Of a stretch of DNA of 64,000 nucleotides, positions 11,796-25,848 are shown in pieces. A model generated the notes under the pieces. It searched no databases, was not told where the DNA came from, and worked only from the letters and a program-made list of their open reading frames with translations. Location: positions 24,619,538-24,683,537 of the forward strand of contig OZ316895.1 in NCBI GenBank assembly GCA_973895155.1, read 5' to 3'. Source of the DNA: Marsupella aquatica (lineage: Eukaryota > Plantae > Marchantiophyta). The position numbers and the translations under genes are program-made. Each line of letters begins with the position of its first letter. Position 1 is the stretch's first letter.

Positions 11796-12299
11796 CATAT
11801 AGAGGTCTAAATGTACCTCCATGATGCATCATTTTATAATTTCAATACATGTCTTCTAGATTGCGTGATTTACAGACCGTACTAATAATAATTTGTATTA
11901 ATAAGTGGTACCACGAGGACAGGGATGCACCACAAATCATTCACTTCCCTCACCCTACGTTCTGCAGTGGTAGTAATTTAATTATTCAAGAGTTGAAATT
12001 CAAGTACCTAAGACAGGTTAAAAAACCACTCATGGATCACTACCATAAACACACTTACCATGACCATCCTTTATTACACAGCAACTTGTCTGCAGAAAGA
12101 ACTTTCAATAAGATCAAAGTGGGGGGTTTTTATCTTGGGAACTCGTGACCAGTTAAAATAATTTACCTTTCTCTACTTCTACAAGTAATTCACATGTTTA
12201 CTTCTTGTAGTTTCCCTTTCTCTTGTGAAGCTCACCCTAAACATTTTGAAACATTTTGAAACTGTGAATCCACCTTTTAGATTTTGTCCAAGCTCCAGT

Positions 12300-12738
12300 G
12301 CTTGGCAGTAGCTTGACAACTTTTCCCCAAAGTTGGATGTTACCTACAGTACTTCCCCCCAAACCAAAACCTCAAGCCACCCAAGCGGCATGGCTTGAGG
12401 ATCAGTTTACCTTTCTTAAGCTTCTAATATTTTAGTTGTATCAATAACCAAGTTGAGGAAGGATTTGCTGGATGGACCCCTTGTCATAAAAGCTTTCCTT
12501 GATCACAGCCCCCACTAAACTTTTGAGTTTAGTGCATGTTATTAGTTTTTAGTTGTTTTTTTCTGGTGGAGCTGATTTGGTGGCTTTTCACCTATTATCC
12601 TGTTTGGCCCTTGGTCACTTGACTGAATGTGTTTGGTGTTGGTTTGTGACCTGTCTTGGGTCTGGCCTGTTCTACTACCGTTCTTTATTGGGTTTTACTT
12701 CTCTTTTAAATAAAGTGTTCCTTTCAAGATAAAAAAAA
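12300..12738 (+). mobile_element. Possible 3' remnant of a LINE with poly(A)
   Basis: GT-rich UTR-like tract ending AAATAAAGTGTTCCTTTCAAGATAAAAAAAA. Left boundary uncertain. Confidence 0.3.
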
Positions 12739-15700
12739 TTTACTTTTGAGTTACTTGAGTTTGAAAAAAGAAAGTTTGAGGTTCTGTGTATTTTGGACGG
12801 AAATACTCAATTTTGGACGGACACTACTCACATAGAAAGTGGAATATGGGCATTAATTAACCAACGCGGAAGGATGTGACCACTTTGAAATTGAAATATG
12901 AATTTTCTTATCGTAGATGATTTTGACCGTAACTGACTAGTTTAGTAGATTTGTAAGGGTTTTCAACATAATAAAACCGCACCGTAACAAGTCGTAGTAC
13001 CGACGAATCTTATCTAGATTTGAGAGATCTTCGGGCCGTCATTTGGATCTCGAGGGCTCAATACGTGAGGACGCCGTCTGCGGTTCTGCCAGACCCATTG
13101 GTTCGAAACACGACAATTACTGTTATGGATGATTGCCGGTCCGATGCTCGGCCTGGCATGCGAAACATCGACAGTACTCAAACCGGAATTCATGAGGCAA
13201 GAATTACAAATATGCAATGTCGGTATGATCGTTCGTCGATCCTTCACAATAGCCGTCAATTGCGTCAATGGAGAGCTTGACACCGGGTCCCACGTTTCTT
13301 TGTTTGTTTCATCTATGAGCCGGCTTCCGCTTTTGCATGTTTCACCCGGCGGCCCCGCCGATGCTTGCAAATGGCGGTGGTGTACCAGAATCCGGTTTAG
13401 AGACAGACGCCGCGACCAGCACGTCGATTGGTTCACCGTTCCGTCAGTGCGTCCCAGCCCGATTCATTGCAGTGTAGCTCGCACTCCGTAGCAGTGAACG
13501 TGTCTGCGCAAGAAAACGTGGAGCTGCGAAATGCCTGTTACGTACTCTACAACATGGCAGGTTTAACGTCAGATGGAATACCGGTCAGTGATCATTCTTC
13601 AAGACTCAAATCAGAAGACTCTCGTAAGAAATTTTTCCAATGACGGTACCGTCGTCAGCTGTGTGAGGATTGGTATTCATTCTCTAGGACTCAAATCAAA
13701 TGCTTCTCGTAAGAAATTTTGCCAACTAACTGCGCACTACTCAGTAGTGTGAGGATGGCTTTACACGATGGTATTACATGTAAACTTTTTGCACCCCTTT
13801 TTGGCCACTTCTTGTAAAGCTAATTTCAAAAAATGGTGCAGGAGTAATTTGCCAAGAGGGGTGGTCTAGAATCTGGGGACAAAAATGTGCTCCATACAAG
13901 CAAAACGTGGGCCCTATTCCATTCCATGTAGGATAAGCAACCCTCTAGAAAACAAATTGTCCCCAACGTAAAGTGAAATGGAGCATTATCTCCCCAACAG
14001 ATGATCCTGATCACATCTTGGAGACCAGAAAAGAATTGACAATGTCAGGAACTTCTTGTAAAGCCACCTTGAAGCATATAGCTAGCCAAATTCAGTCATC
14101 CCAATTTGCTATTTGGCTGTGCTCATCCTCATATCACAAGCGTCAGACAATCACTCAGCAATCTAAATCTCTTCTGCTTTTGCGCAAGCAAATGAAATAC
14201 TTCTTAGTATATAATACACTCCAAGTTTCATTACAAAAAAGGGTCAAACAAAGTACAATGAAAAAGCGACGGAGTTCCAAAGTAGACATCAAACTGAAAG
14301 AAGTGTGCAGAGATATACCCCCAAAACCTAGAGCTCAAACAAAAATGTGACGAAAATAGCTATCGCTGCCAATATGGGAATCATCCATATGCCTTCTCAA
14401 GTGGGAATCTCAAGACTTATAAATTTCAAGAACTACAGTATTTCGCAAATAGATACCGTTGTTAATTGCATCCACTTTGAGACAATTTCACCTGTCAGGG
14501 AAAGGATCTACTGTACACCCCCTGTAGGTTTGGAGATTTACGGCGATACCGGAAATACAGTACAATTCGTATACATTAAGTTCTCTGTTGCCCAGGTATG
14601 GTGAGCTTCGTTTCTTTTCTTTTCTCGGGCGACCAAGGGAGTACCCACCCCGTATGTCACCGCATAAATATTGATATTGAGTGTTTTGGAGCTACACCAG
14701 ACATGCGGAACACGGTCATAGGAGGGAACCTGCTTTTCTTACATTAAAAAGTAGCCGCCTCCGTCCTCCAGAGAAAGAGTCTATGTGCCCTAGAGAACCC
14801 AGTTGGGGAGTACAGTAACAATGATTCGATGCCCCGCGAGTACGGTATACCTTAGTCTTGCGTTCCCTGGTAGAAAGTTGGATCTCACCGAAAGTTTGGA
14901 GCAAAAGTGAAAAACGCATGCACTGTGTTGTCTGTTGGACATAATTATGTTCTCCCAGAATCGTCTCTTTCACCCCCTCCCCACTCCCTTTTCAATCTCT
15001 CGTTGTCATTTATTCTCTTTCATATTTCTTGCCCCCGCCGGACAGGCTCTTATTTCTAAAAAGTTGTGACAATTTTTCAACTTTCACTGAATGGAATTCA
15101 ATGAAATCTTTCAAGGGCAAAGCTCGGTTGTGATTGTTCATCCCTGACCCAAATTAGAACTCGAGTTTCTGTTTATATCAGGCTCTTCAATCTCGGAATG
15201 CTTCTGTGTGACAATTTGGTCCACTTGACGGCCCTGCTCCCAGCACGTATCTGTGACGTTGTTTGGCGATGGGATTTCAATCAGAAAAGAGTTCGAAGCA
15301 AAAGGGTTAGCACAATCATTGCGTGGTGTTGAATATTGTACCGTATCGAGTGGTTCGTCTACCTTTTCTGTAGACTGTAGAGAGTATCCCCAAGAGCAGA
15401 GTTTGCCGACAGGCTCCATGCCAGTGACACGAGTGGACAGGTGGGTTTGATTCCTGCCCGGAGGATTGAGCGAAACTGAAAGTGTCAACTGTGAGGACTA
15501 TACAACAGCACAGCGGTGTGTCCAACGAGCACTCCTGAGCACGCAAAAGTATGTCACGACAGAGATGCACAGTCCAGACCCAAAAAGTGATTGTTGCTGA
15601 GACTCTGAGAGGCCATTCCCATCCGGGTACCCAGAATGAAATTGCGCATTGATGGCAAAAAAACACGACGGGGATTTTTAGCCCTCAGCTTCCAGCCGTC

Positions 15701-18700
15701 TACCACCGCCCCACTAACTCATGTTCACTTTTTGAGTTTTTGATGTCTTTGATCAGTGATTTACTGGTGGCAGTCAGGCAGTGCGTGGGTCACGAGTGGT
15801 TCTTCTAAGAGGCTACATAACGAACGAATACATTTATTCTTTGGGGTAATTGAGACAGAGGGATGCTCCACATTATAGTAAGAAGTGTCTATAGTTTCAT
15901 CAGCTACTGGATGTCAATTTACCATGCTCCGTTACGGGTAACGTGCCTTGTGCAGAGGCGACTCCAGCGATCTTCGCGCCCGAAATTACAGGAAACCGCT
16001 GGATGGGTCTTGTCGCTCCTTTGCCAGTTTCGGTGTTCAGAAGAGGTCGGTGCGCCAGCCAAGCAAAGAAGACGTCCTTCACTTCGCGTTCCCCTACCGG
16101 CGAAGTCAGCCAGACGACGGCAACACGATGAATCTACTTTAGTCCAGCTGGTTACCTCATCAAAACTCCGGGCCCTCCACGAGCTCAAGTTTCTAACCAC
16201 CACCATGCCTCACCCCCCACTGAACTTTCGCTGTTTCGATCCAGGATGCATAGTGTTCACTAAGCCCACAAAGGCACAAACCAAGCCTACAAGGTCTTTC
16301 CAACTCAAGCAAAAATGCAAACAGTAAGTGCTAGGGAAATTTCAATTTTGCCTCGGAAGATTCCATTCACAAAGACAGCATACAGGAAATTTCACTTTTT
16401 CATTTTGAAGAGCCACAAGAACTACGATGAAAACCAACAGCCAACGAAGCAATGACAAGACCCACATGCATCCGGAAACCAAGGGGGAAGGGACTGCAGC
16501 ACTACCAGCTGGCCTCCCAAGAACGGTCAGTCACTAACTGTGGTTTTACAAGAACTTGGGGGCAACAATTTTATTTTTTAGTGAAAGATGCAATCTTAGC
16601 CATTTTACAAGAACTTGGGGGCAGTAATTTCTTTTTTCTTAAGTGAAATATGCAATCTTAGTCATTCATATGTGGGAACTGGCCACATGTCACTTTACAT
16701 GAACTTGGGTTGGGGGCACAATGAGCCAAAATCATTACCCAACCTAGTCATCTGTCAGTGGGCCCTTTTTTTTGCTGAGGTGTTTGCAAGTTTTTTTGTC
16801 AAAAACTTAGACCTCCTCTTGAGGTGGTCTAATAAAAACTTGGAACAAAGGGTCTCTTATTTTCAGGGAATTATATTGATTACTTCCAAACTGACACATT
16901 TTGGCTCAGGTATTGTAACTTTTGTGGAAGGAAATGGCCAGCAGCTTTGCTGTGCATGGAGCACTGAACAGCCCCCACCGTCTTGTAAAGCCCCCCTAAA
17001 TGCCTTGTGCCTGAAATGAGTCCTAGTGACCGCCAAGTTCTCAGACGATCGAGTCTTGTGCAGGGTCTAGTCTAAATTCACAAGGCCTCGAGCATAGATT
17101 CATGCAACTGGCGACAAAATGGAGAAAAATGGCCAATGATAAGTTGTATTTTTCTTCTTTAGCACGCTACAGCTATGGGTCCTACCGGCTTTAGGTAGTC
17201 GACCTACTTCTGTTGCTATTATGTGTTCATTTCATTTATCTTTTCGTTCACTGGTTTCTGGAAGCGAAGTTGCGAATGCAAAAAGGACAGAAAGGAGTCG
17301 TCCTTTGAACATGGCACAGTTAAGGACCTGGGTTCCATAGCTTCAAGGCTGTCTTCTCACTGTACTTTATTGAAAGAAACCAACAGTGCTGCACTGACTA
17401 CTGGAGTTGGAAAGAGTTTCCTAAGGGCATCATCAAAGTTTTACTGTATTTTCTTTATTATATACAATAGATTACATTTAGTGTATAGCACCGTGGTAGG
17501 ATCTGCCTCCTTGTCTCCTCCTTTAGTCTGGGTTTTGTTTCCCTCTCACCCATCTTGCTAGTCGTATACCGAGGCAAAAACTTACTACTGTAAGTAATTT
17601 TGACCTATGAATGCTGCACAGTGTTTTTAATAATGTCCTGATTGGTCTGTTCTATTTCTAATAGGTTTGCCCAAGTTTTCATGGTCAAAAATTATTTTCT
17701 TGTCACCATAATTTCTCACTCAGGAGACATTGTCCAGTCAATCTCTTCTGCTATCTGACGAACTACCTCTAACTGTATGCTATGGAATTAATTGTTAATG
17801 GGTTGCTCATAAAATTGCATACAATTAAGATTGAAAAGTGGTTGGTGACAAAAAGAAGAAGTGGCCTTGCTCTTGTGTGGCTACTGTGGTTGATGGTTCT
17901 GTCTGATAATCTGCTGCTACAGTCAGGTCTTTGTAGTCACCCAGGTGGTTGCACATTATATTTGGGTTGCCAATTTCAAAACAAATAATTGGTGCAATAA
18001 TTGAGAGAATTGTAGTGAGTCATGAATTGAATTGCAATCTTGCAAGCTGTTCCAAATCAAATTCTCTTGCAAGTTTGATGACTCATCTCTTACTTGGCTT
18101 TGTGTGAATCCTAATTAGATTGGTTTATTAGAGCTAAATTTGACAGCAATTTTTATGTGGCTTGAAAGTTGAGATTACACTTTGCAATTAGCTGTACTAG
18201 CCTAACTATCCTTTCTTTGAACCGAAATAGAGATGAAGACAAAACCAAATCCTGCAAAAATAACAGAATTCCATGTTATTTCTAGTTTATCTTTGCCCCA
18301 TAGTTATTTTTTGTCCACCCTCACTTCCAGTTTTGTTCTTATTTGAGAGTCACCTTCTTTTTTTTCTTTTTTTTTCTTTTTTTTATAAAAAGGGGGGGGG
18401 GGGGCGCGGGGACCCCAACAATACCAGGCAGGGGGCGAAAACCGCCCAAGCACAAGGAACAAAGAGGGGCAGTGCACCCACACAACCAAACCAACCTAGT
18501 CAGGCCAAATGGCCTGATACAAACACAAACGAAGACCGTACTTTAAACCTCTAGTTTGCGGATTCCTGTTCTGCTTGTAGCAATGAATGCTCATCAATCT
18601 TTGTTGGGTCCTGATTTCGCTAAGTCTATCCTTGCCCATGTCCACATCATTCCAATCAAGGACCTGCTCTCTAACGTAGCTAATAGTCCAGAGAGGGGAA

Positions 18701-18799
18701 GAACCAACAACCTTCCTGTAGTACTTGCTAATCTCTCTGTCAGGCTCAGAGGAGTGATCCTGACCCTGATGAATGTTCTTCCACAATTTACAGTAGTTG

Positions 18800-21700
18800 T
18801 CACTCATTGATCTCCTCAGAATTAAGGGCCAGTGGGCTCTCAATGTTCTCCCACGGTTTAAGTGCTTCATGGAGTTGCGTCAAAGCCTTACGTAATTGTC
18901 TCCTTTTCCTCTCAGAATTACAGACCTCAAGCATCGTTCTCAGATGCCTAGGTGTGTTACGCAGAACAACCCATCCTGGAAGACGGCCTAAGAATTGTGA
19001 GTACGTGGCAGCGTTCCTCTCTTTCCATATGCTGGAACAAAGTTCCATAATCATCACAATCGGGCCAGGTTTCCTTTTGTGCAATCTCAAGGATGTGGTG
19101 ATCGCCTCATGCAGAGTTCCCATCGGTATGGCGAGGGCGTCTGCATGCTGAACCAATTGTTGTACTTCTCTCCATCGAGCGGTAACAGTTTGGCAACTGA
19201 AGAACAGATGTTCCGTGGTCTCAACCTGATTTTTGCAGCGGATGCAAATGCCATCTGAAACATCCCAATGAAGAGCCCTGTTGTTGGTAAAAAAACCATG
19301 ATTCAGCAAGCGCCAAAGAAAGAAATGCACCTTCGGGAAGGACCATCCTCCCCAGAGCTTCTTCCAATGTATTTTCCAGTATTGGGCAGTGCCATTCTCT
19401 CCCCACCTGCGATTCAGCTAATCAACGTCCAGCACCGTGGTTTGGTGGCACTGTCCCCATATCTGCGTGGTGAATTGCCATCCTTTGTTCTTACCACGCC
19501 AATTCCACTGCCATCCGTCACAGTCTTGCAGTTTACCGTTCATTTTTATATTACCTTTCTGGAGTCTGTGGTAGAACATACCAAATTCCACAATTCCAAT
19601 CAACCTAGTGTTGCGAATCTGTTGCTGGAGTTCTTCCCCTGGCACCCAAGCACCCTGCATTGTCAAGAGGTCATTCAGATTTTTTATACCCCTATTCATG
19701 AAGAATCTTCTCAAGTCTTTACCTTGTTGTTCCATGAGAGAGTTATTTCTCAGGTACAGTAAGATGGTCTATTCCATTGAGAGGTGTGCAGGAATCTGTC
19801 CTTCCCCAAAGTTGAACTTCAGTTGTTTACTATTCTGAAACTAGCCCATGAGCAGTCCTTTCAGAGTAGGAGAACCCTGTACTCGAAGTCCTTCATCGAT
19901 CAACAATGCTTCAATGGCAGTCCAGTATTTTCTCTCTCTCTTTCCTGGCCCAAACTTGAGATTCATCTTGATGATCTCCTGTGCAATTTCCACCCACTTG
20001 CAATCTGCCGTAGAGATGAATTTTGTGATGTGTCTCATCTTCAGTGCCAGAGCATGTTCTTGAAAGGACTGAATTCCCAGCCCTCCATCCTCCTTGGGAG
20101 TAGCAATCACATCCCAAGCAATGAGGGCTTTCTTGTAGTCATCATTGGGTGTAGTACCCCATAAAAACCTGCGGCACACTTTTTTAATTTCTTGGAATCC
20201 CTTCTTCTGCAGCGCCAGAGTCATCAAGTGATAGGTAGGGATCGCTTTGAGGACATGTTTGAGCAGTACTGTCCTTCCCGTCATAGAGAGACTCTTGTTA
20301 GACCAATGGCACAGTCTCTTCCTTAATTTCCCTACAAGAAAGGCGGCCTCATGTGATGGACGGAGCTTGTAGCCACTCGGGCATCCAAGATATTCAGTGA
20401 TCTCCCAAAATTTGTTCGTACTGCTGAATAATCTCCCGGGCCGTTTGGAAGTTCTCTTCAGACACAGCAAGAAACAGGCCTGTGTCATCCGCAAACAATT
20501 GATGACATAACCACTTGTTATCACCAAACTCCAATCCCGTCAGTTCTCCATTCTCAATTTTCTTCTTATAGAGTGCCATCAGCGGCTGAGTAGTGAGAGC
20601 AAACAGGATCGAGGATAGTGGGCACCCTTGCCGCACTCCCCGGTTCAGCATAATCTGATCAGTAAATCGTCCATTGATGTGGACTTTGGAGTGTGTGTGC
20701 TCGACCAGCCCTTTCACCATAGTGATAACCTGTTCGTCAAAATTCATCGCTCTCATCACAGCCCACAAGAAAGAATGCTCAACCGTGTCGTAAGCTTTGG
20801 CAAAGTCAAGCTTAAGGAACAACAGGGGTTTCTTGTTGGTCGTAGAAAATTCTTGTGCAAGCTTGAAGTTCAGGAGATTATCTAGAATGTCTCTCCCCTC
20901 CAAGAACCCAGTCTGTTGAGGGTCCACCAGCTTGTTGGCTACCTTTTTGATCCTATTAGCAACAAGCTTTGCGATCATTTTTTCAGTAATTAAGGGTGAG
21001 CATGGTAAGAGGTCGCCAATTGCTTAGTTCCAGAACGTCAAGATTCTTAGGAATAAGCTTGATGACTCCAGAAACCGCTCGAGACATCATCCTCCCGTCC
21101 TGCCAATAAGCCTGCCTGAATCATTTTGACACAAGCCGGCTTCATGAATTCCCATCCTTTCAGCAGCATTTCTGTGGGACTCCATCAATACCGGGTGATT
21201 TTTCCTTCGGTAGCGAGAAAACCATCTTCTCAATTTCCTCCTCTGTAGGTAACAGAGTGATGGCAGCTTGGTTTTCCTGGTGTGTTACCTTGTGGTGGAT
21301 CATCCCCAACGTTTCCTCAAGGACAGTGTGATGTTCTGCCACCTGTGGATCAGCTGTGTAAAGTGTCGAGTAGAAATCATGGATTTCTTTCAGGATGTGT
21401 GCTTCGTCTTCAGTTATGTCGCCCGTGGTTTTCTTCAGTCGTTTGATGCTCTCTTTCGCTTGCTTGGCTTTCAGTTGGTTGAAGAAGTACTTGGTAGGTG
21501 CTTCTCCAAGCTTCAGCCAACGAACATGGCTCTTCCTGCGAGTTCTGATGGCGTCTTGTTTCGTCGTCTCCCTGGTGCTTTCTTCAATTCTGTTGAGTTC
21601 AGCCACCTGAGTGGGGGTGGGATTGTGTCCCATCTCCATTCTGAGCCGTTGCAATTCCTCTCCAGTCCGTGTGGAAGGGTTGGCAGTTCTTTTCCACTTT

Positions 21701-22621
21701 TCAGTTTGAGATAGCTTCTTGACAGCTCCCCAGGTCCAATTAATCCTTGGATCCCGGTTCTCCTTTCTGGTTGTCATTCCATACCTTCTCTACTTTGACC
21801 TTGAGTTCTGGAGTGTCAAAGAGATTAGCATCCATTTTAAAGTAGGTTGCTTTCCTATCCGTTCCCACAGTACTCCTCTGTTTTAATACAAAAGTGGTGA
21901 CCATTGGAATGTGATCGGAAACAGTCTCTCTTCCATCATGAATGCAGGACTTCCCAAATTCGCACCACTGGTTCCTATTACTGCTGTAGTTGCGATCTAA
22001 TCTAGATTGATCATAGCGGTCAGACTTTCTGGCCTGTCTAGTAAACTGTGGCCCCATCCGAGTTCCGGTGCACAGGTAGTTGTCTACCAAATCCAGGTGA
22101 TCCACTAATTGGAACCAGGCTCTGGCTTCAGACCCATGAATAAATGCTGATGGTCCAGCCACATCATCCCACAAGTCCGTCATGTTCCAATCACCGCACA
22201 TGATCCAGTTGGACTCTTTGAGATTCACCAAAAGCCACTTCCAGAGATTGATCCGATTTCTTTGTTCATTGGGGGCATACACAAATCCAATACTGATCTC
22301 TCCAATGCTAGATTGAATAGTAGCCCACACGAAGGATCCATCTCCTCTCCTTCCCTTATCCAGAACAGGGTACGATTTCGGTATCAATAAGGCAGCGCCC
22401 ACTTTCCCGTCCTTAGTGCAGTCAACCAGTTTAGTGCTGTCCTGATTGAGAAGACCAAGTTGGAAGAGTGTCTTCTTCTCTTTAATCTTGAGCTCCTGGA
22501 AGCAGCAGATGGATTGCTCCAACTGGTTGTTTCTAATCCATTTGCACATTTGATTAAGCCTCACCGGGTCACCCATTCCCCTAACATTCCACTGACTGAC
22601 AATGATTTCGTCACTCATCAT
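18800..22621 (-). pseudogene. LINE ORF2 (APE endonuclease, reverse transcriptase, zf-RVT), broken by frameshifts
   Basis: APE: SQWNVRG, CFQE, VYAPN, CGDWN, SRLDR, SDHIP (21740-22621). RT: KSPGIDG, LKLDFAKAYD, RGVRQGCPLS, QLFADD, YLG. Zinc finger: CIRC..ETTEHLFFSC, IWKERN (18800-19330). Confidence 0.93.
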
Positions 22622-22700
22622 AAAGTATTATTCGTATTGTGTGCCAGGAGAGTGGATGGTCCGGCCGTTTTGTTATCTCTTGTCTCCTTTGTTGCCTTTT

Positions 22701-24919
22701 CTATGCTCCCCTTGCGTGTTTCTCAACCTGAGTTGTTGTTGGCGGTTTTTCTTCTTGCTTGGTTGAATTGCAACTTCCCGGGCTCAGCTCCTCCTGTGCG
22801 CTCACCTTCGTTGTAGGGGATTTCTTCTGGGAGGACGTCTGCCATTTTCCTGTCACTAGCAAACGCAGGAATCGCAGGAGGATAAGTGCTCTTTTTGGTA
22901 TTTTTGGTTTGTTGTCTGATTGGTGTTCCTGAATTTGTTGGGGAGGAGCCAGGTCCAGTACCCCACACTGTAATTGGTGAGCTTGTTGCTTTCCGCGCAT
23001 TTTTGGCATTTTCGGTCTCCATTGGGTCAGCTTCAGCACTCACTTCTCCTTCTTGATTGATGTTCTCTTCACTGCTGTGATCTGTGGTGCTTTTAGGCAC
23101 AGGAATGACGTCCGACTCGATGACCGGGTGTTCTCCCTCCCTGCTAGTGGTGTTTTCCACTCGGTTTAGTGGATGTTCTGTTTTTGCTTGATCCTGTGGA
23201 GAAGTGCTCTGTGGTTGTTCACTTCTTGTATCTTCCCCGATCCTTATTTTCTCAACTACGATCTCTCCTTCCTCAAGTTCAAACAGAACGGCTAGTGCTT
23301 CAAAGGGATTAGTGTCCCGAGTCTGGTTCGTGAATTGCTCTCTCGCGTGCTCCTCTTGGTTGTCCTGGGCTTGACCAATGTAAACCCCTCTTGATCAACC
23401 TGCCCTCGCTGTTCTGATTTATTGTCATTGTGATCCCTGTTTTGACCCTGCATTTCCTGTGGGTGTTGTTGTCCTTCGTTTCCTCTCTCTCTACTATTCT
23501 TGTTGGTGCAACAGTATCTCGCTATATGACCTCTCTGTTTGCAGGCAAAACAGGCATCCGGTAGTGTACGATAGATTACGTCAACTCTGTAGTTCCCAAC
23601 TCCTGGAACTATCATGTCGATATATTCCACAAGATCTTCATTGAGATTACAAAGGACACATCCACAGATATGTGAGAATTTACTTCTAGCATGACTGTGC
23701 AGTCTGTGCAGAAAGGACCTTGGAAAGGACCTTTCCTACCTTAGCTAGCATCTGATTAGCGTAGTATCCGAATGCTGGATTCAAGAGTGGGAGATCCACC
23801 CATACAGGGGCTTTCGTGGATTTCATTGCTTTTGCATCAAAGACAGCAGTCCAAGGCATTGCAATGACCATCCTACGGCCCATCCTGAGATATGGCTCCA
23901 ATAGGACAGAGTTTTGTTCATCGGGGGTGGATACAACAATCAGGAAAGTATACGATAGAACTTTGATAAATTTGCTCTATTTTTATCCTCATTCTTTGGC
24001 CAGTAACGTCGTGTGCCCATTCTTCAAAGAAATCACAAGAAGGGTTAAAGTCTACCATATATATAATGATTCCTCTGTTTTGTAGGTGTAGAACACGGCT
24101 AGCTACGATATTTTTGTCGACAATTAGAGTCTCTGACCTCATTCCTGGTGTTGGCTTCTCCGGCACTTGGGGGAGATGCGTGAGTTGCTCACGGAGATTG
24201 TTGTGAGTCATGTACATCCCGGCTTCTTTGTCCAAATTTTTGTCGTAGGGATTCTCGTCCTCCTCGTCAGTTGGATGCATCTCTGTGTCATCTTCTTCCA
24301 CTGGGTCCCAGACAGGATCCAGGAACCCAAAATGTCCTGTCCCTCTGTGGTCACGTCCTTCTGTAGTCGTAGGAGTCAGGTTGCTGCTTCCGTGGTGAAT
24401 GTTCGACTGTACTTCCTTCCGGGTCCCTCCATCTGCTGCTTGCGTGTGCCTGTTGCTGGTGTGGTGCCCCATTGAGTGGTGATTGTCGGAGGTTAAAGTG
24501 TCCCTGTTCTGACTTCCGTGCGCCAGTTGGTTCCTGGTACTGTTATCAATAGCTTTAATACTGTGCTCCTTCTGCTGCGAATCATTAGCTCTGTTGCCCC
24601 AGGCATTACTCCCACTGGCTCGTGTCTCTCTCTTCTGAGCTGCTCTTTTTAGTTTGCCTACCTCGACCTCTTGATTCCTGCTCTGGTCAGTTCTTTTGTC
24701 AGTATGCTCGTGCATTCCCTGACGTTGCGCTTCTTCACCTGAAACTTGTGTTTCCATGTTCATTTCCACATCGCATGCGTGGTTCACTTCTTCAGCTTGA
24801 CACTCCTTTCCTTTAGGGCGGCCACTCTCATTCTCTGTTATCTCTCGACTTGTTGTTCTGTTTGCCATGCTACTCGTTCTACTTGGATTCGATTCAGTAA
24901 CCTCTTCGAATTCCTTCAC
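22701..24919 (-). pseudogene. LINE ORF1 (gag-like, DUF4283-like region plus CCHC zinc knuckle), frameshifted
   Basis: Zinc knuckle CFACKQRGHIARYC (23292-23630). PYL..RMVIAMPW and PVWVDLPLL motifs are typical of plant L1 ORF1. Lies immediately upstream of ORF2. Confidence 0.85.
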
Positions 24920-25494
24920 ATTGCCCTTTCAAGAGGCTCGAGCAGTTCGACTAGTAGAAACGACGATCCTCCCTGCGGGAATGCCATTGCCCGTTTCTCC
25001 AATGCTCTCCCGGTGATTCACAATCATTTGAGAGTCACCCTCTAGAGGCTTCACTCTAGAGTGTAGCCATGGAAACTACTTTAATTTGCATCAAGTTTTA
25101 CTCGTAAGATAGATAGCTGCAAGCTTCATCAAGAACTATAATACAATGTTGGTCTTCAAATGCAGTGGTACTCTTTTGAATTTGAAGGGCCAAAAGGTAA
25201 AGAATCTGACCAAAGAGAAAGAATAATCCAAAATAGAATTATAAATAGTGTGAAGGAAAGAATGACACTTTTTCCAAGCAAAAAATAAAGAGGACTGCCA
25301 ATGCAACATAATCAAGTACTTTCTTAACCATCCATGCATACAAAATACCCCTCTCCATGCTTAGACATCCATACCAAGTACCCCCATGATATTCTATGTC
25401 ACAAAAGTAGCTTAATTGATTTCAAATATTACATAATGTATTAGAAAAACCTTTTTGTGCAATGAGATCTTTTAATTATAAAACCAAAATAGCA

Positions 25495-25848
25495 GTGACA
25501 TCTTTTACTTGACTACATCTTTGAAAACATGATTTCTTTTTACTTGACTATACCTTAAATGACACAACAATATCTCTGGTGCCACAACATCTCTTTAATT
25601 GATGACATCTTTTTACTTGAATACATCTTTCACATAATGATATCTTTCTACTTGATGACATTGTTTTACTTCACAAGATCTTTGGTGACATTACTCATTT
25701 TTTCTGAATGGCATCTTCTTATTTCATGATGTTTTTTTCTAAACGACACTTTTTACTTCATGACATCTTTTACATAACAACATCTTTGGCGACACACCTC
25801 TGTTTTTCTTAACAAAATCTTTTGTGTAACGCATGGGTATTGAGCTAG
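25495..25848 (+). mobile_element. Helitron-like 3' end with a subterminal array of ACATCTTTTTACTTGA-like units
   Basis: Ends TGTGTAACGCATGGGTATTGAGCTAG|T (CTAG at 25845-25848), like the plant Helitron hairpin-plus-CTRR terminus. Preceded by many short degenerate repeats. 5' end not located. Confidence 0.55.

Larger units (their letters stand above)
18355..25025 (-). mobile_element. Full-length L1-clade LINE retrotransposon, frameshifted
   Basis: ORF1 and ORF2 remnants in the expected order. A-rich tail (T-tract at 18355-18384 on +). Exact 14-bp TSD ATTTGAGAGTCACC at 18341-18354 and 25026-25039. Confidence 0.93.

Noticed and set aside
11197-11802. 201-aa Gly-rich ORF and its antisense Pro-rich ORF
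   Set aside because: By-products of the G-rich repeats inside a TIR/TSD-bounded element; the 201-aa ORF has a TTG start and neither has a domain.
13014-13491. Overlapping 86-140 aa ORFs in a GC-rich patch
   Set aside because: No recognisable domain or splice structure; expected by chance in GC-rich DNA.
18556-25045. Plus-strand ORFs overlapping the LINE
   Set aside because: Antisense shadows of the LINE coding frames.
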